DNA from: Octopus bimaculoides
Lineage: Eukaryota
Length of the DNA stretch: 34,202 nt
Assembly: GCF_001194135.2 (NCBI RefSeq)
Contig: NC_068990.1
Location: 64,267,134 to 64,301,335, forward strand
Reading direction: 5' to 3'
The translations under genes were made by a program, and so were the position numbers. This document shows, in pieces, positions 1 to 11,355 of this stretch. The first letter of the stretch is position 1; each line of letters starts with the position of its first letter. The notes beneath the pieces were generated by a model. It searched no databases. It saw only the letters and a program-made list of their open reading frames with translations, and was not told where the DNA came from.

Positions 1-197
1 TTCTGAGAATATGCACTTTCAAGTCTTTTTCAAAATTGCAGCCGTTTGATACAAAATGTTCAGCAAGTTCTGTTGAACTACTATAATTGTGCCTACTATA
101 ATTCTTAATGCTTAAATATTCTTCTTTTTCCTTTTCTTTTTTCTCTTTTTTTCTTTCTTTCACTTTTTGCCAGTTGTAAACATGAAATTCGAAACTG

Positions 198-380
198 ATG
201 ATGTCATTCCATCAACGTGGAGATGCTGATTGCTCTCGTTCATATTTTGGATTTAAATTTCTATAATTTTGAATTTTTATCACTTTTCATTTTGAACTTG
301 ACAAAGATAGGCTAGCTATCAAAATATAATTCAATCAATAAAATATCTATTGCAATCACATCATGCTCTTTCTATTGTCT
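198..380 (+). repeat. Dispersed ~180-bp repeat, copy 1 (copy 2 at 14088-14268)
   Basis: atgatgtcattccatcaac...ctctcgttcata...taaatttctataattttgaattttta...ttttgaacttgacaaaga...aataaaatatctat...gctctt aligns by eye with 14088-14268 in the same orientation. Confidence 0.85.
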
Positions 381-408
381 AATAATAATAATAATGATAA
401 TAATAATA

Positions 409-451
<43 letters not shown>
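381..451. repeat. (AAT)n microsatellite
   Basis: Direct reading; source of the poly-Y ORF 379..648. Confidence 0.97.
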
Positions 452-452
<1 letters not shown>

Positions 453-720
453 CAGCGTCATTTAATGTCCGTTGTCCATGCTGGCATGGGTTGGATAGTT
501 TGACCAGGGCTGGCAAGCTGGAAGGCTGCACCAAACTCCAGTCTGATTTGGCATGGTTTCTATGGCTGAATGTGCCCTTCCTAATGCCAACCACTCTGAG
601 AGTGTAATGGGTGCTTTTACGTGCCACCAACATGGTTGCCATTTGCATGACACCAGTATCTGCTATGACTACAATTTTACTTGGCCTCAGTCATTTGTCA
701 TTGCCACTGTGAGGCCCAAC
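452..720 (-). mobile_element. RTE-tail-type SINE/LINE 3' end fragment
   Basis: The reverse complement contains gtggttggcattaggaagggcac...ccaacccatgccagcatggacaacggacattaaatga, shared with + copies at 11356-11545 and 23590-23805. The RTE assignment is from recollection of similar tails. Confidence 0.7.
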
Positions 721-1223
721 AGTCCCACTCACCAGCTTAATAATAATACTAATAATAATAATAGTAATAACAATGNNNNNNNNNNNNNNNNNNNNNNNNN
801 NNNNNNNNNNNNNNNNNNNNNNNNNNNNNNNNNNNNNNNNNNNNNNNNNNNNNNNNNNNNNNNNNNNNNNNNNNNNNNNNNNNNNNNNNNNNNNNNNNNN
901 NNNNNNNNNNNNNNNNNNNNNNNNNNNNNNNNNNNNNNNNNNNNNNNNNNNNNNNNNNNNNNNNNNNNNNNNNNNNNNNNNNNNNNNNNNNNNNNNNNNN
1001 NNNNNNNNNNNNNNNNNNNNNNNNNNNNNNNNNNNNNNNNNNNNNNNNNNNNNNNNNNNNNNNNNNNNNNNNNNNNNNNNNNNNNNNNNNNNNNNNNNNN
1101 NNNNNNNNNNNNNNNNNNNNNNNNNNNNNNNNNNNNNNNNNNNNNNNNNNNNNNNNNNNNNNNNNNNNNNNNNNNNNNNNNNNNNNNNNNNNNNNNNNNN
1201 NNNNNNNNNNNNNNNNNNNNNNN

Positions 1224-1316
<93 letters not shown>

Positions 1317-1330
1317 AATAATAACAACAG
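1224..1330. repeat. (AAC)n/(AAT)n microsatellite flanking an assembly gap
   Basis: Direct reading; N gap at 776-1223. Confidence 0.97.
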
Positions 1331-1792
1331 CCCTTTATTTATTATTGCCACAAGGGTAACAGACGAGGGGATTCTGCAAGGAAAGATTATAAAAACCAAT
1401 GGTAGAGTGTGCTGCAAAACTGATTATGGAACAGAATAGGCATGGAAAGTAAAAGTGCTGAAAAGGAAATAGATTAAAAGTCTCAAAAGGGAGACAATCA
1501 TTGGGGTCAGTCAAAGAACTTGAAGATTCAGGATTACTGTAACCAATAAAAAAACTTGCCCTTTTTCTGTTGCGTTCTACAGTCTACAGGGACATGATAA
1601 GAGTAGGCCAATGCATGTAGGTTACTTCCATCACTCTTACTTACAACAAATGTGTTGGTGTGCAGCCATACATATTCAGATATAAAAGTCCACTGAGAGT
1701 GAGGTTAATGTAAAACTTACTGATAACAGAACTGGTATTGTGATGTTTTCGAGAAAAGGATACCAACTCTGTTTGTTAAAAAAAAAGAAAAA

Positions 1793-1827
<35 letters not shown>

Positions 1828-3299
1828 GAAGGAAGAAAGAAAGACATGGCTCTTTCACAAATACCAGAGCTTCTCAATATTCAGTTCTAAAGACGACTGG
1901 ACAACCTATTTTCAAGTGTAGAAATTCACAAAAACCAATCTCATCTATGCTGGTGTGAATAAATGGATGTCACATTATAACACACACACACACACACACA
2001 NNNNNNNNNNNNNNNNNNNNNNNNNNNNNNNNNNNNNNNNNNNNNNNNNNNNNNNNNNNNNNNNNNNNNNNNNNNNNNNNNNNNNNNNNNNNNNNNNNNN
2101 NNNNNNNNNNNNNNNNNNNNNNNNNNNNNNNNNNNNNNNNNNNNNNNNNNNNNNNNNNNNNNNNNNNNNNNNNNNNNNNNNNNNNNNNNNNNNNNNNNNN
2201 NNNNNNNNNNNNNNNNNNNNNNNNNNNNNNNNNNNNNNNNNNNNNNNNNNNNNNNNNNNNNNNNNNNNNNNNNNNNNNNNNNNNNNNNNNNNNNNNNNNN
2301 NNNNNNNNNNNNNNNNNNNNNNNNNNNNNNNNNNNNNNNNNNNNNNNNNNNNNNNNNNNNNNNNNNNNNNNNNNNNNNNNNNNNNNNNNNNNNNNNNNNN
2401 NNNNNNNNNNNNNNNNNNNNNNNACACACACACACACACACACAGCACACACTTTCACTCATTAGGTGATCTGCTTTGTGAAAAGCAATTTTTGTATAGG
2501 AATAAAAGAAAAGATATTGACTTTTTTTTCTACAGTCCTAATCATGAATAACACAAGAAAATAAGCTGTGACAATAAAACAACACAAAAGGAAACCATTA
2601 TAACATACATAGCGAGTTCAAATCAACCAATGAAAGCCATTCTGTGGACAGCAGTTGTTAAACTCTGGTTTAAGACATTTGATGAAGATCACCTCTTTGC
2701 TTCTTCAGTTGTTGTCATTTCTATTTGCAGTTTTGATCATAAATGTGACTTCCCTGTTAAAGTATATAAATACTTTAAGCATTTTCTTTCTTTGCTGACA
2801 ATGCATTTAGATATCAATGCTCTTTGATAAAAATATGCAGTGGATAAATAGTTAGATTTGTGCATCCATTGTGATACATCACATATACCTGGAAGTATTC
2901 GTCCATACTGCTAACTAGCCAATATACACACTTTGCTGAAATCAGCTCTGTTTATTCAGTAGTCATTTCTTTAAGAAAGGCCAACAGTGACCCAATTATA
3001 TAGTTTCAACTTTTTCCTGATGAGCTAATGAGGTAGCTGCAAGATGGTTATTCAGCCTGTTAGAAATAATTGTTAACTTTCCTTCTTCAAATTTCATCAA
3101 CAGATTTAAAGAAGGAAGAACACACTAGATAATCTTTGTGTGCCTATTTGAAAACCGAAAATTAAAAAAGGGAATTACTATTTGGGATTTCTTTAATCAT
3201 ATATCTATTCAGTGAGAGTTAACCTGGATTTCAACAACATTAATTTGTCCTCAAGGTTCATATGGCTCAAATGCACAGATAACAAAAGACAAAGATAGG

Positions 3300-3472
3300 C
3301 GAGGGAATAACACAGCAGCATTTCTGAATTCAAATTCCACTGAGGTCAACTATGCCTTTCATCCTTCCACAGTTGATAAATTAAGTAACCAGTCAAGTAC
3401 TGGACTCAATGTGATTGACGATCCCCCTCACCTCAAGTTCCAGGCCTTGTGCCTATAGTAGAAAGGATTACT
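3300..3472 (+). mobile_element. tRNA-derived SINE family A (5'-degenerate copy)
   Basis: B-box-like gaattcaaattcc, conserved body ggtcaactatgcctttcatcc...gataaattaag, and 3' end ggccttgtgcctatagtagaaaggatta running into (ATT)n. Confidence 0.85.
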
Positions 3473-3530
3473 ATTAGCATTGTTGTTATTATTATTGTTG
3501 TTGTTGTTATTGTTGTTGTTGTTGTTGATG

Positions 3531-3568
<38 letters not shown>

Positions 3569-3586
3569 GTTATTATTATTATTATT

Positions 3587-3700
3587 CAGTAGTTTTATTT
3601 TTATAACATGCTTTCACTTCACTACTGAGCGCAGCTCTGTGTGCTCTGGGTATGTGCTGTGGTTTGCTGTGATGCTCTTATGGTTACTGTATTGAAAGTG

Positions 3701-3702
<2 letters not shown>
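3587..3702 (-). mobile_element. Short unique segment embedded in (TTA)n; probable 3' UTR of a TAA-tailed non-LTR element
   Basis: About 115 bp of complex sequence with (TTA)n directly on both sides. On the minus strand it ends ...aaaataaaactactgaataataataat. The LINE origin is inference. Confidence 0.5.
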
Positions 3703-3732
<30 letters not shown>

Positions 3733-3733
<1 letters not shown>

Positions 3734-3912
3734 GAATGTGCAAGCTGGCAGAACTGATAGCATGCCAGATAAAATGCTTGGTAGCATTTCATCCCTCTTA
3801 ACATTTTGAGTTCAAATTCCATGAAGGTCAACTTTGGATCGAGAAAATCGACTATCTCTTTCCTCAAATTTCAGGCCTTGTGCCTATAGTAGAAAGGACT
3901 ATCATTATCATT
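3733..3912 (+). mobile_element. SINE family A, internally deleted copy
   Basis: gctggcagaactgatagc...gagttcaaattcc...ggtcaacttt joins directly to gactatctctttcctcaaatttcaggccttgtgcctatagtagaaagg. Confidence 0.85.
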
Positions 3913-4184
3913 AAGTGGATTGAGTAGCATGAACAAAAGACTGTCATACTAAATATCTAACTTCTTCTGTAATATGAGCTGAAGTCCTGTTGTGAACCAA
4001 ATTTGCTTTCATCTTTCTGAGTTTCATAAAATATGTATCAGGAATGTATTCAGATCATGTCAATTGACTATGTGCTTTTTCCACCAAAATGATTTGGGAA
4101 CTTGTACCAATGTAAGAAATTCTTATTAGCCATATATTTTTCAATGGAGGTGAACCTCTCTTCCAAATCATATAAGGAAGCTTT

Positions 4185-4390
4185 TGCTCAGATCCCAGTT
4201 CAATATTGATCAAAGTGAGGCTATTATCAAAGATATTCAAGCTGTGACCATCCTGTTCTTTTTTTCTTTTTCAACCATAGTGTATCTAGAAATACACTTA
4301 CCAATGTTTAAGAGGTAGAAGGATAATTTGAGGGAGATGTGGTTGTTATTTCTAACAAGTTCAACACATGCATAGAGGCATCGTTGTGAG
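4185..4390 (+). repeat. Dispersed repeat family D
   Basis: tatcaaagatattcaagctgtgaccatcc...tagtgtatctag...atttgagggagatgtggttgttatttctaac. Related pieces at 17335-17545(-), 19170-19345(-), 24815-25365(+), 28120-28200(+) and 28770-28950(+). Confidence 0.65.
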
Positions 4391-4649
4391 TTGAAGGTCA
4401 ACCAGGTAAATGGAGATGCTGTGGTCCCAGTTAGGAAGTTAATTCAATCACACATTTAAAATCTAAAACCATTTTACCAGGGGCTGCAATTTGTTCTACA
4501 CAAATCACAAAATCACATTACCAAATGTTGATTCAAGTAATAAAACAGGCCACATTCTGATATTTAATTAGATCGAACTAACCAATCAATGAATGGAAAG
4601 AAACAGTTCTCCCAGCCATATTCCAACGAAACACAGTTGAGTAGATCCT

Positions 4650-4748
4650 CCTAACCTCCTCCTCTTTTCTTCTTCTTCTTCTTCTTCTTCTTCTTCTCCT
4701 CCTCTCCTCCTCCCCTAATCCCTCCTCCTCCTTCTTCTTCTTGTAGTA

Positions 4749-4845
<97 letters not shown>
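4650..4845. repeat. Compound (CTT)n/(CCT)n/(CA)n microsatellite
   Basis: Direct reading. Confidence 0.95.
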
Positions 4846-4847
<2 letters not shown>

Positions 4848-5186
4848 TACACACTTAAATACATACGTACATACATGTGGTTAGAAAAATGCATGAGAAA
4901 GAGGACATCTAGCAATACACTTTCCACCCCATACCCATTATTACTGGAGTAACAGGATACATAAAAACCTGTCTGGAGCAAAGAGTAGCTGAACTTGGTT
5001 TCTTGGGGGAGTGAATGCAAATCCTTAATTCATATGCTACAAATAATCACAATATCAGGGACTATAAAAATTTGCAAGACCTTCTCAAGATTTAAAGTAT
5101 AATGGTTAAAAGATGTTTTCCTTCACAACCTTGCTACCAAGTTTACTCTGAATTAAAAAGAGAAAGAGAACATATAGTCTTTGCTA

Positions 5187-5217
<31 letters not shown>

Positions 5218-5443
5218 NNNNNNNNNNNNNNNNNNNNNNNNNNNNNNNNNNNNNNNNNNNNNNNNNNNNNNNNNNNNNNNNNNNNNNNNNNNNNNNNNNN
5301 NNNNNNNNNNNNNNNNNNNNNNNNNNNNNNNNNNNNNNNNNNNNNNNNNNNNNNNNNNNNNNNNNNNNNNNNNNNNNNNNNNNNNNNNNNNNNNNNNNNN
5401 NNNNNNNNNNNNNNNNNNNNNNNNNNNNNNNNNNNNNNNNNNN

Positions 5444-5507
<64 letters not shown>

Positions 5508-5519
5508 GCACATATATAT

Positions 5520-6316
5520 AAGGGTTGGACAAAATAATGGAAACACCTTAACATTTGAAACAAATTAATCTTAATTTGGGGTAAGACTGCCTTTGGCAGT
5601 AATTACCCCTTGAATTCTACGAGGTATGGACTTGTACAAAGTTTGAATTGTTTCCAAAGGAGTTTTGTCCATTCCTCAACTAAAACAGTCTCCAGTTCTT
5701 GTAGTGATGATGGTGGAGGATATCGACTCCGTCTTTTTCTAAAATGCACCATAAATGTTCGATAATATTGAGATCTGGGGATTGTGGTGGCTAGATGATA
5801 TGTTCAACTTCACTAGAATGTTCCTCATGCCATTCAGTAACAACTTTAGCTGTGTGAATTAGTGTATTATCATCCTAAAAGATTGCGTTTCCCTCTGGAA
5901 ACAGTTTCACAATCATAGGATGAGTTTGATCAGATAAAATGCTTAAACAGGCTTGACTATTAATTTTGCCATGAAGGGAAACCATTGGGCCAGCAGATTT
6001 CCAAGATATAGCCCCCAAAATCATCACAGATCCTCCTCCATGTTTAACAGTTGGAAGAATGTAGTCTGGATCAAATGCTTCTTTTGGCTGTCTCCACATG
6101 TATACTCAGCCAGTGGTCAGAAATAAGGTAAAGGATGACTTGTCTGAGAAAATAAGATTCTTCCACTGCTCTAGAGATCAATTCTGTAGGTTTTTACTCC
6201 ACTCTAAACGCTTTGCAACATTTGTTTTTGAAAGTAGTGGTTTTCTGATTGCAGCACTCCCATGAAATCCGGCTTTGTGCAGCTCCCGGCAAACAGTTTT
6301 TGTGGAAACTGAGTTC
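5520..6316 (-). mobile_element. Decayed Tc1-family DNA transposon (3' TIR plus catalytic domain), DD36E spacing
   Basis: Minus-strand translation: ELHKAGFHGSAAIRKPLLSK...WKNLIFSDKS...PTVKHGGGSVMILGAISW...F*DDNTLIH...PPQSPDLNIIEHLW, with in-frame stops. A Tc1-like terminus (tatata)agggttggacaaaataatggaaacac lies at ~5520. The 5' part is replaced by foreign sequence at ~6314. Confidence 0.93.
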
Positions 6317-6697
6317 TCTGCGATATCACTTGTCGCGCACATGGTAATTTCATGAGGAAGGGACAGTTAGACTGGCTGACCGAGGTGAATTATTAATTAT
6401 TAATTGATTTATTAATTAATAAATTGATAATCCTTTACCCTTTTAATTTGTAATAATTATTCACTCCAGATTAGTATACGCAGATTTCTCTGCGATATCA
6501 CTTGTCGCGCACATGGTAATTTCTTGAGGAAGGGACAGTTAGATTGGCTGACCGAGGTGGATTCGGTTATGCTTTCTGATCTGTGTCGGTGTGGAATTAC
6601 CCGTCCATGCTTGCAGGGTTTGCTAGCATAGTCAAATTTACTACTGGAATACAGTACTGATGAAGGATATTAATTGTTAATTATTAATCATAATCCT
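6314..6697 (+). repeat. Insert with an internal ~75-bp direct duplication (6314-6390 / 6486-6560); possibly Penelope-like pLTR
   Basis: ttctctgcgatatcacttgtcgcgcacatggtaatttc(a/t)tgaggaagggacagttaga(c/t)tggctgaccgaggtg occurs twice. CTGATGA is at ~6657 just before the gap. The PLE identity is inference. Confidence 0.55.
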
Positions 6698-6924
6698 NNN
6701 NNNNNNNNNNNNNNNNNNNNNNNNNNNNNNNNNNNNNNNNNNNNNNNNNNNNNNNNNNNNNNNNNNNNNNNNNNNNNNNNNNNNNNNNNNNNNNNNNNNN
6801 NNNNNNNNNNNNNNNNNNNNNNNNNNNNNNNNNNNNNNNNNNNNNNNNNNNNNNNNNNNNNNNNNNNNNNNNNNNNNNNNNNNNNNNNNNNNNNNNNNNN
6901 NNNNNTATATATATATATATATGT

Positions 6925-7138
6925 ATGTATGTGTATCTGTGTTTGTCCCTCCAACATCGCTTGACAACCGATGCTGGTGTGTTTACATCCCCGTAACTTA
7001 GCGGTTCAGCAAAAGAGACCGATAGATTAAGTACTAGGCTTACAAAGAATAAGTCCTGGGTTCGATTTGCTTGACTAAAGGCGGTACTCCAGCATGGCCA
7101 CGGTCAAATGACTGAAACAAGTAAGATATTAAAAGAGA
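6925..7138 (+). mobile_element. SINE family B (tRNA/CORE-type with internal microsatellite), 3' half
   Basis: gtttgtccctccaacatcgcttgacaaccgatgctggtg...gcggtactccagcatggccacggtcaaatgactgaaacaagtaa is the reverse complement of the 3' half of the full copy at 19527-19941. The head is lost in the N gap. Confidence 0.9.
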
Positions 7139-8560
7139 ATGGAGAAAAAGCCGGTTTCTAACCTAGATCCAAGGCTCCTTCATTGGAATTTCAACATCAA
7201 CAACAGGGTATTTTTGTTTGTATGTATGTATGTATGTATGTATGTATGTATGTATGTATGTATGTTTGGATGGATATATGTATGTATGTATATGTGCAAA
7301 TTTATATGTTTTGCTTTATGTATGTATTCTCATGCATATAGATGAATATCTATACACACTTGTATATATTTAAATCATAAATATGAAAAGTTTTACAGAT
7401 TTTTAGTTCCAGTGATGGGTTGGATCTGTAGTCTTCAAATTAGCTTCTCTTTTCTGGTTTTGAGAAGCCTAATTTCTCATGATTGGTATTTAGGCAGTGT
7501 GTTACATATCCCAGGACCCTAATGAAAAAATGGTATAAACCTGAATTTCTAATCTGGATAGAGTAACTGCAGACTTCTCAATAGTTCAGCATAGGTGGTC
7601 TCTTTTTCCCTGATCTTCAGCTTTATGTTAACATCTGCTGGGCAGCTAATTTCCACAGCTGTGGACAGTTTCTCTTCTCTATCCCAAATCATTATATCAA
7701 GTCTGGTGTGCTTACATTTTATTGAGGTCTTCACTAGGACATTCCACCAGTACTCCTCTTTATTATGAGTGGCTATGACTTCTACCATACTGTAGGTTCT
7801 TATTTCTTTGTACTCGGGGTTATCCTTCCGCTGGATTTCGTTATAGAGTGTCCTAGCTACAACATTATGTCTCATCAATAGATAATACTATGATAACATT
7901 TTCGGACAACTGCTTATGATGTGGGTGATATCTGCAGTGTGAACTCCACAAAGTCTGCATCATTTGTCACATTTTACTGCTTTTCCTGCATCTCTATATC
8001 TTTTGTGCATCAGGTATTTGGTTGATATTTCCTGTTCCTGGATTGCAAATGCATACCCTTCAAAGTGGGAGGTAGTAATCCAGCTATTGGTCCATGATAA
8101 ACTGCTTTGATGATCGATGTTACTATCATCACAGAGCTTTCTACTAACATATCCATGCATAGTCTTCTGCTCATGTAGGCTCATCCTTTCAGTGGATGAT
8201 ACGTTGCGGTAGAGTCATGTGACTTCTTTGGACATGTATTCTAGGTTATCAGACAAAGAATGTTGCTCAAGATGCTGCCTTCCAAGTCTTATGATGCTAT
8301 CAGCTTCCATGTATGCAAACTTGGTCAAGAGATGCACTTCGGCACTTGGGGGTTAAAAGATGTTGCCAAAGGTATACGATGCAACATTCAAAGGCATTTT
8401 GGATCGCTGTTAAGTCTCTGCTGCCTTGTTTTTGTTTTAGGCTGAGGTGGTCTACGTCACTGTTTATGGGGAAATTACGTGTGCTTGTTAGTATTTTTCT
8501 GGTTTTCACATCAATGGCTCAGACCTCATCAAGCGTCCAGTCAAACAACCCAAATGTTGG
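7139..8560 (-). mobile_element. 5'-truncated, decayed R4/Dong-clade RLE non-LTR retrotransposon, lineage 1
   Basis: Minus-strand peptides: DVKTRKILT...NSDVDHL (post-RT), HGYV...EGYAFAIQEQEISTKY, CRLCGVH..DITHIISSC (CCHC knuckle), RHNVVA, RLDIMIWD...EISCPADVN..EKETTY (PD-(D/E)xK restriction-like endonuclease). Stops and frameshifts are present. Confidence 0.9.
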
Positions 8561-8678
8561 TATGAGTATGTATGTAATGTATGTATGTATGTATGTATGT
8601 ATGTATGGATGGATGGATGGATGGATGGATGTATGCATGCATGCATGCATGTATGTATGTAGGTATGTATGTTTATAT
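8561..8678. repeat. (GTAT)n/(GGAT)n/(GCAT)n tetranucleotide tract between the LINE 5' junction and a SINE B head
   Basis: Direct reading. Confidence 0.95.
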
Positions 8679-8679
8679 A

Positions 8680-8830
8680 ACGAGCTTCTTTCATTTTCTG
8701 TCAACCAAATCCACTCACAAGGCTTTGGTTGGCCTCGGGCAATAGTAGAAGACACTTACCCATGATTCCACAATGTGAAACTGAACCTCCATCTGGTTGG
8801 GAATCAAACTTCTTAGCACACAGCCACACC
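8680..8830 (-). mobile_element. SINE family B head (tRNA-like plus CORE-like)
   Basis: acgagcttctttca...ccaaatccactcacaaggctttggttggcc...tagtagaagacactt...cacacagccacacctg matches 19757-19941. Confidence 0.85.
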
Positions 8831-9324
8831 TGTTTTTTTTTTTTTCTAAAGTTTTACATCACATCTTCAAAAATATGTCATGCACCAAGTTCGTCTTTGA
8901 AATACACCCTGTATTGTTTCCATCCATAGGAAAATCAATGCTATAACCTGTGTTGGAGTTGTGCTATTAAACTGCCACATATGTTTTGGTGTAAGGTATA
9001 GGCTGAACAGGATTTCAGTATGAACTAAAGCTAAATCTTTCTCGTTACCAATGTTATTAGCTATAACATAAATTACCAGCATGTTTTAAGATGTAGCCTT
9101 TTTATTGTTTTTTGTTGTCTTTTTTTTTTAATTGGAAGCAAATCTCAAACTATATATTTAAGTCTTAGCCAGTAACTTTTGTAGAAAAACATAAACGACC
9201 TCTAAATCTCTGTAAGTAGCCATAGTTGCTAGCAACTGCAATATAAACTATTAATAAAGCATTTTTATCCTTAGCCTGGATATGAACTATAATTTTTATT
9301 CAATGGTGGTTTATTATAGAAGAG

Positions 9325-9596
9325 AGAGAGAGGGGAAAAAAGATATTGAGAGAAAGAGAGAGAGAGAAATGATGGGAGAGAGAGAGAGAGAAATGATAGG
9401 AGAGAGAAAGAAATTTTGAGAGAGAGAGAGAGAGAGTGAGAGGTAGAGAGAGTGAGAGGTAGAGAGAGGGAGAGAGAAATGATGGGAGAGAGAGAGAGAG
9501 TGAGAGAGAAATGGTGGGAAAGAGGAAAATGTTGAGAGAAAGAGGGGGTACAGAGAGTGAGAGAGAAATTATGGGAGAGTGAGAGAGGGAAATGTT

Positions 9597-9628
<32 letters not shown>

Positions 9629-9650
9629 ACTGTTGAGAGAGAGAGAGTAT
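9325..9650. repeat. (GA)n-derived minisatellite with recurring aaatgatggga/aaatgttga interruptions
   Basis: Direct reading; source of the Leu/Ser-rich ORFs 9271..9678 and 9300..9719. Confidence 0.9.
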
Positions 9651-11143
9651 AACTAGTAAGTTTATGAGGAAGTCGCAAATAGTGTGAGAAAGATAGAACA
9701 GGGTACAGAAATCAGTCATAGGAAGCAGAAGGACAAAAGTATATAAAGGAGAAAAATACAGCTAAAAAGACAGATATCTTGCTCTTTTAACATACATACA
9801 TACATACATGCAAACATACATATGTGTGTGTATGTATGTGTATGTGTGAATATAACACACAGGCATACATATATATGTGTATGAGTGTGTGTGTATATAT
9901 ATATNNNNNNNNNNNNNNNNNNNNNNNNNNNNNNNNNNNNNNNNNNNNNNNNNNNNNNNNNNNNNNNNNNNNNNNNNNNNNNNNNNNNNNNNNNNNNNNN
10001 NNNNNNNNNNNNNNNNNNNNNNNNNNNNNNNNNNNNNNNNNNNNNNNNNNNNNNNNNNNNNNNNNNNNNNNNNNNNNNNNNNNNNNNNNNNNNNNNNNNN
10101 NNNNNNNNNNNNNNNNNNNNNNNNNNNNNNNNNNNNNNNNNNNNNNNNNNNNNNNNNNNNNNNNNNNNNNNNNNNNNNNNNNNNNNNNNNNNNNNNNNNN
10201 NNNNNNNNNNNNNNNNNNNNNNNNNNNNNNNNNNNNNNNNNNNNNNNNNNNNNNNNNNNNNNNNNNNNNNNNNNNNNNNNNNNNNNNNNNNNNNNNNNNN
10301 NNNNNNNNNNNNNNNNNNNNNNNNNNNNNNNNNNNNNNNNNNNNNNNNNNNNNNNNNNNNNNNNNNNNNNNNNNNNNNNNNNNNNNNNNNNNNNNNNNNN
10401 NNNNNNNNNNNNNNNNNNNNNNNNNNNNNNNNNNNNNNNNNNNNNNNNNNNNNNNNNNNNNNNNNNNNNNNNNNNNNNNNNNNNNNNNNNNNNNNNNNNN
10501 NNNNNNNNNNNNNNNNNNNNNNNNNNNNNNNNNNNNNNNNNNNNNNNNNNNNNNNNNNNNNNNNNNNNNNNNNNNNNNNNNNNNNNNNNNNNNNNNNNNN
10601 NNNNNNNNNNNNNNNNNNNNNNNNNNNNNNNNNNNNNNNNNNNNNNNNNNNNNNNNNNNNNNNNNNNNNNNNNNNNNNNNNNNNNNNNNNNNNNNNNNNN
10701 NNNNNNNNNNNGATGGTGGTACAGCAAGGGGTGGGGGAGGGGGGGAAGGAAGGGGTTGTGGTAATGGAGGTATTAGTGGTCAGACTGTGGATGCTGTGGA
10801 GATGGAGGCAGTCATTACAGAAATAAGGTAACTGAGTGGTGGGGGGGGAGGTTGTGGTGATGGAGGTCAGAATGGTGCTGTTGCGAGGGTGTTATGATGC
10901 TGGTTGTAGTGCTTCTCCTGATGATGATGATGATGATGATGTTGATGATGATGATGTTGATGGATGAAATGGCTCATACAAATTAAGCAAACATTGTAAA
11001 TGTATGATGAAATGTATTGGTGTGAATGTATTAAACAGCCACGCTTATATACACGCATATAAACATATACACATGTGTGTGTGTGCGTGTGTGTATGCAT
11101 GTGTATATGTATGTGTATATAAACATACACACACACATACATA

Positions 11144-11340
11144 CGAGGGGGTGCTGAAAAGTTCCTGGATGATCAGTTAATTATGAATTTTTTCCAACAT
11201 ATTCTTCTCTCAGATTCACTCATTTATTTCAGTGGTTTTTTTAGTTTTTCTAAGTCCTGATAAAGAACTCAGAAGGTTGGGCTTCCAACCAGATCTTTCA
11301 TGATACCCTTAAAACCAGGAACTTTTCAGACACCCCCCTG
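11144..11340. mobile_element. Mariner-type MITE, ~197 bp, TA-flanked
   Basis: TA|cgagggggtgctgaaaagttcctgg ... ccaggaacttttcagacacccccctg|TA: ~25-bp TIRs and a TA TSD. Confidence 0.9.
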
Positions 11341-11355
11341 TATATGTACATATCG

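Noticed and set aside
1330-1376. Possible terminal exon (SPRLLPLWQ*) with AATAAA on the minus strand
   Set aside because: The sequence resembles the SINE A alternative tail (cccttgtgggcaataa...aaataag) seen at ~20690-20717.
3017-3050. CTGATGA followed by a gcta/tagc stem; also CTGACGA on the minus strand near 21760 and CTGAGGA at 12364
   Set aside because: Each lacks a correctly placed GAAA/stem III or a complementary stem I, so none is called a hammerhead.
2609-3057. Exon-like segments 2609-2753 and ~2995-3057 on the minus strand
   Set aside because: The first has stops in all three frames; the second gives only a 20-codon frame with no homology or linked exon.
4300-4350. Minus-strand G|GTAAGT donor and plus-strand pyrimidine-rich acceptor
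   Set aside because: Both fall within a repeat family D copy, and no convincing peptide results.
8895-8915. Mariner-like terminus gaaatacaccctgTA
   Set aside because: No partner TIR or internal homology was found.
10727-10757. Canonical G-quadruplex motif
   Set aside because: It sits in low-complexity GGT/GGA sequence next to a gap with no functional context, and is expected by chance here.
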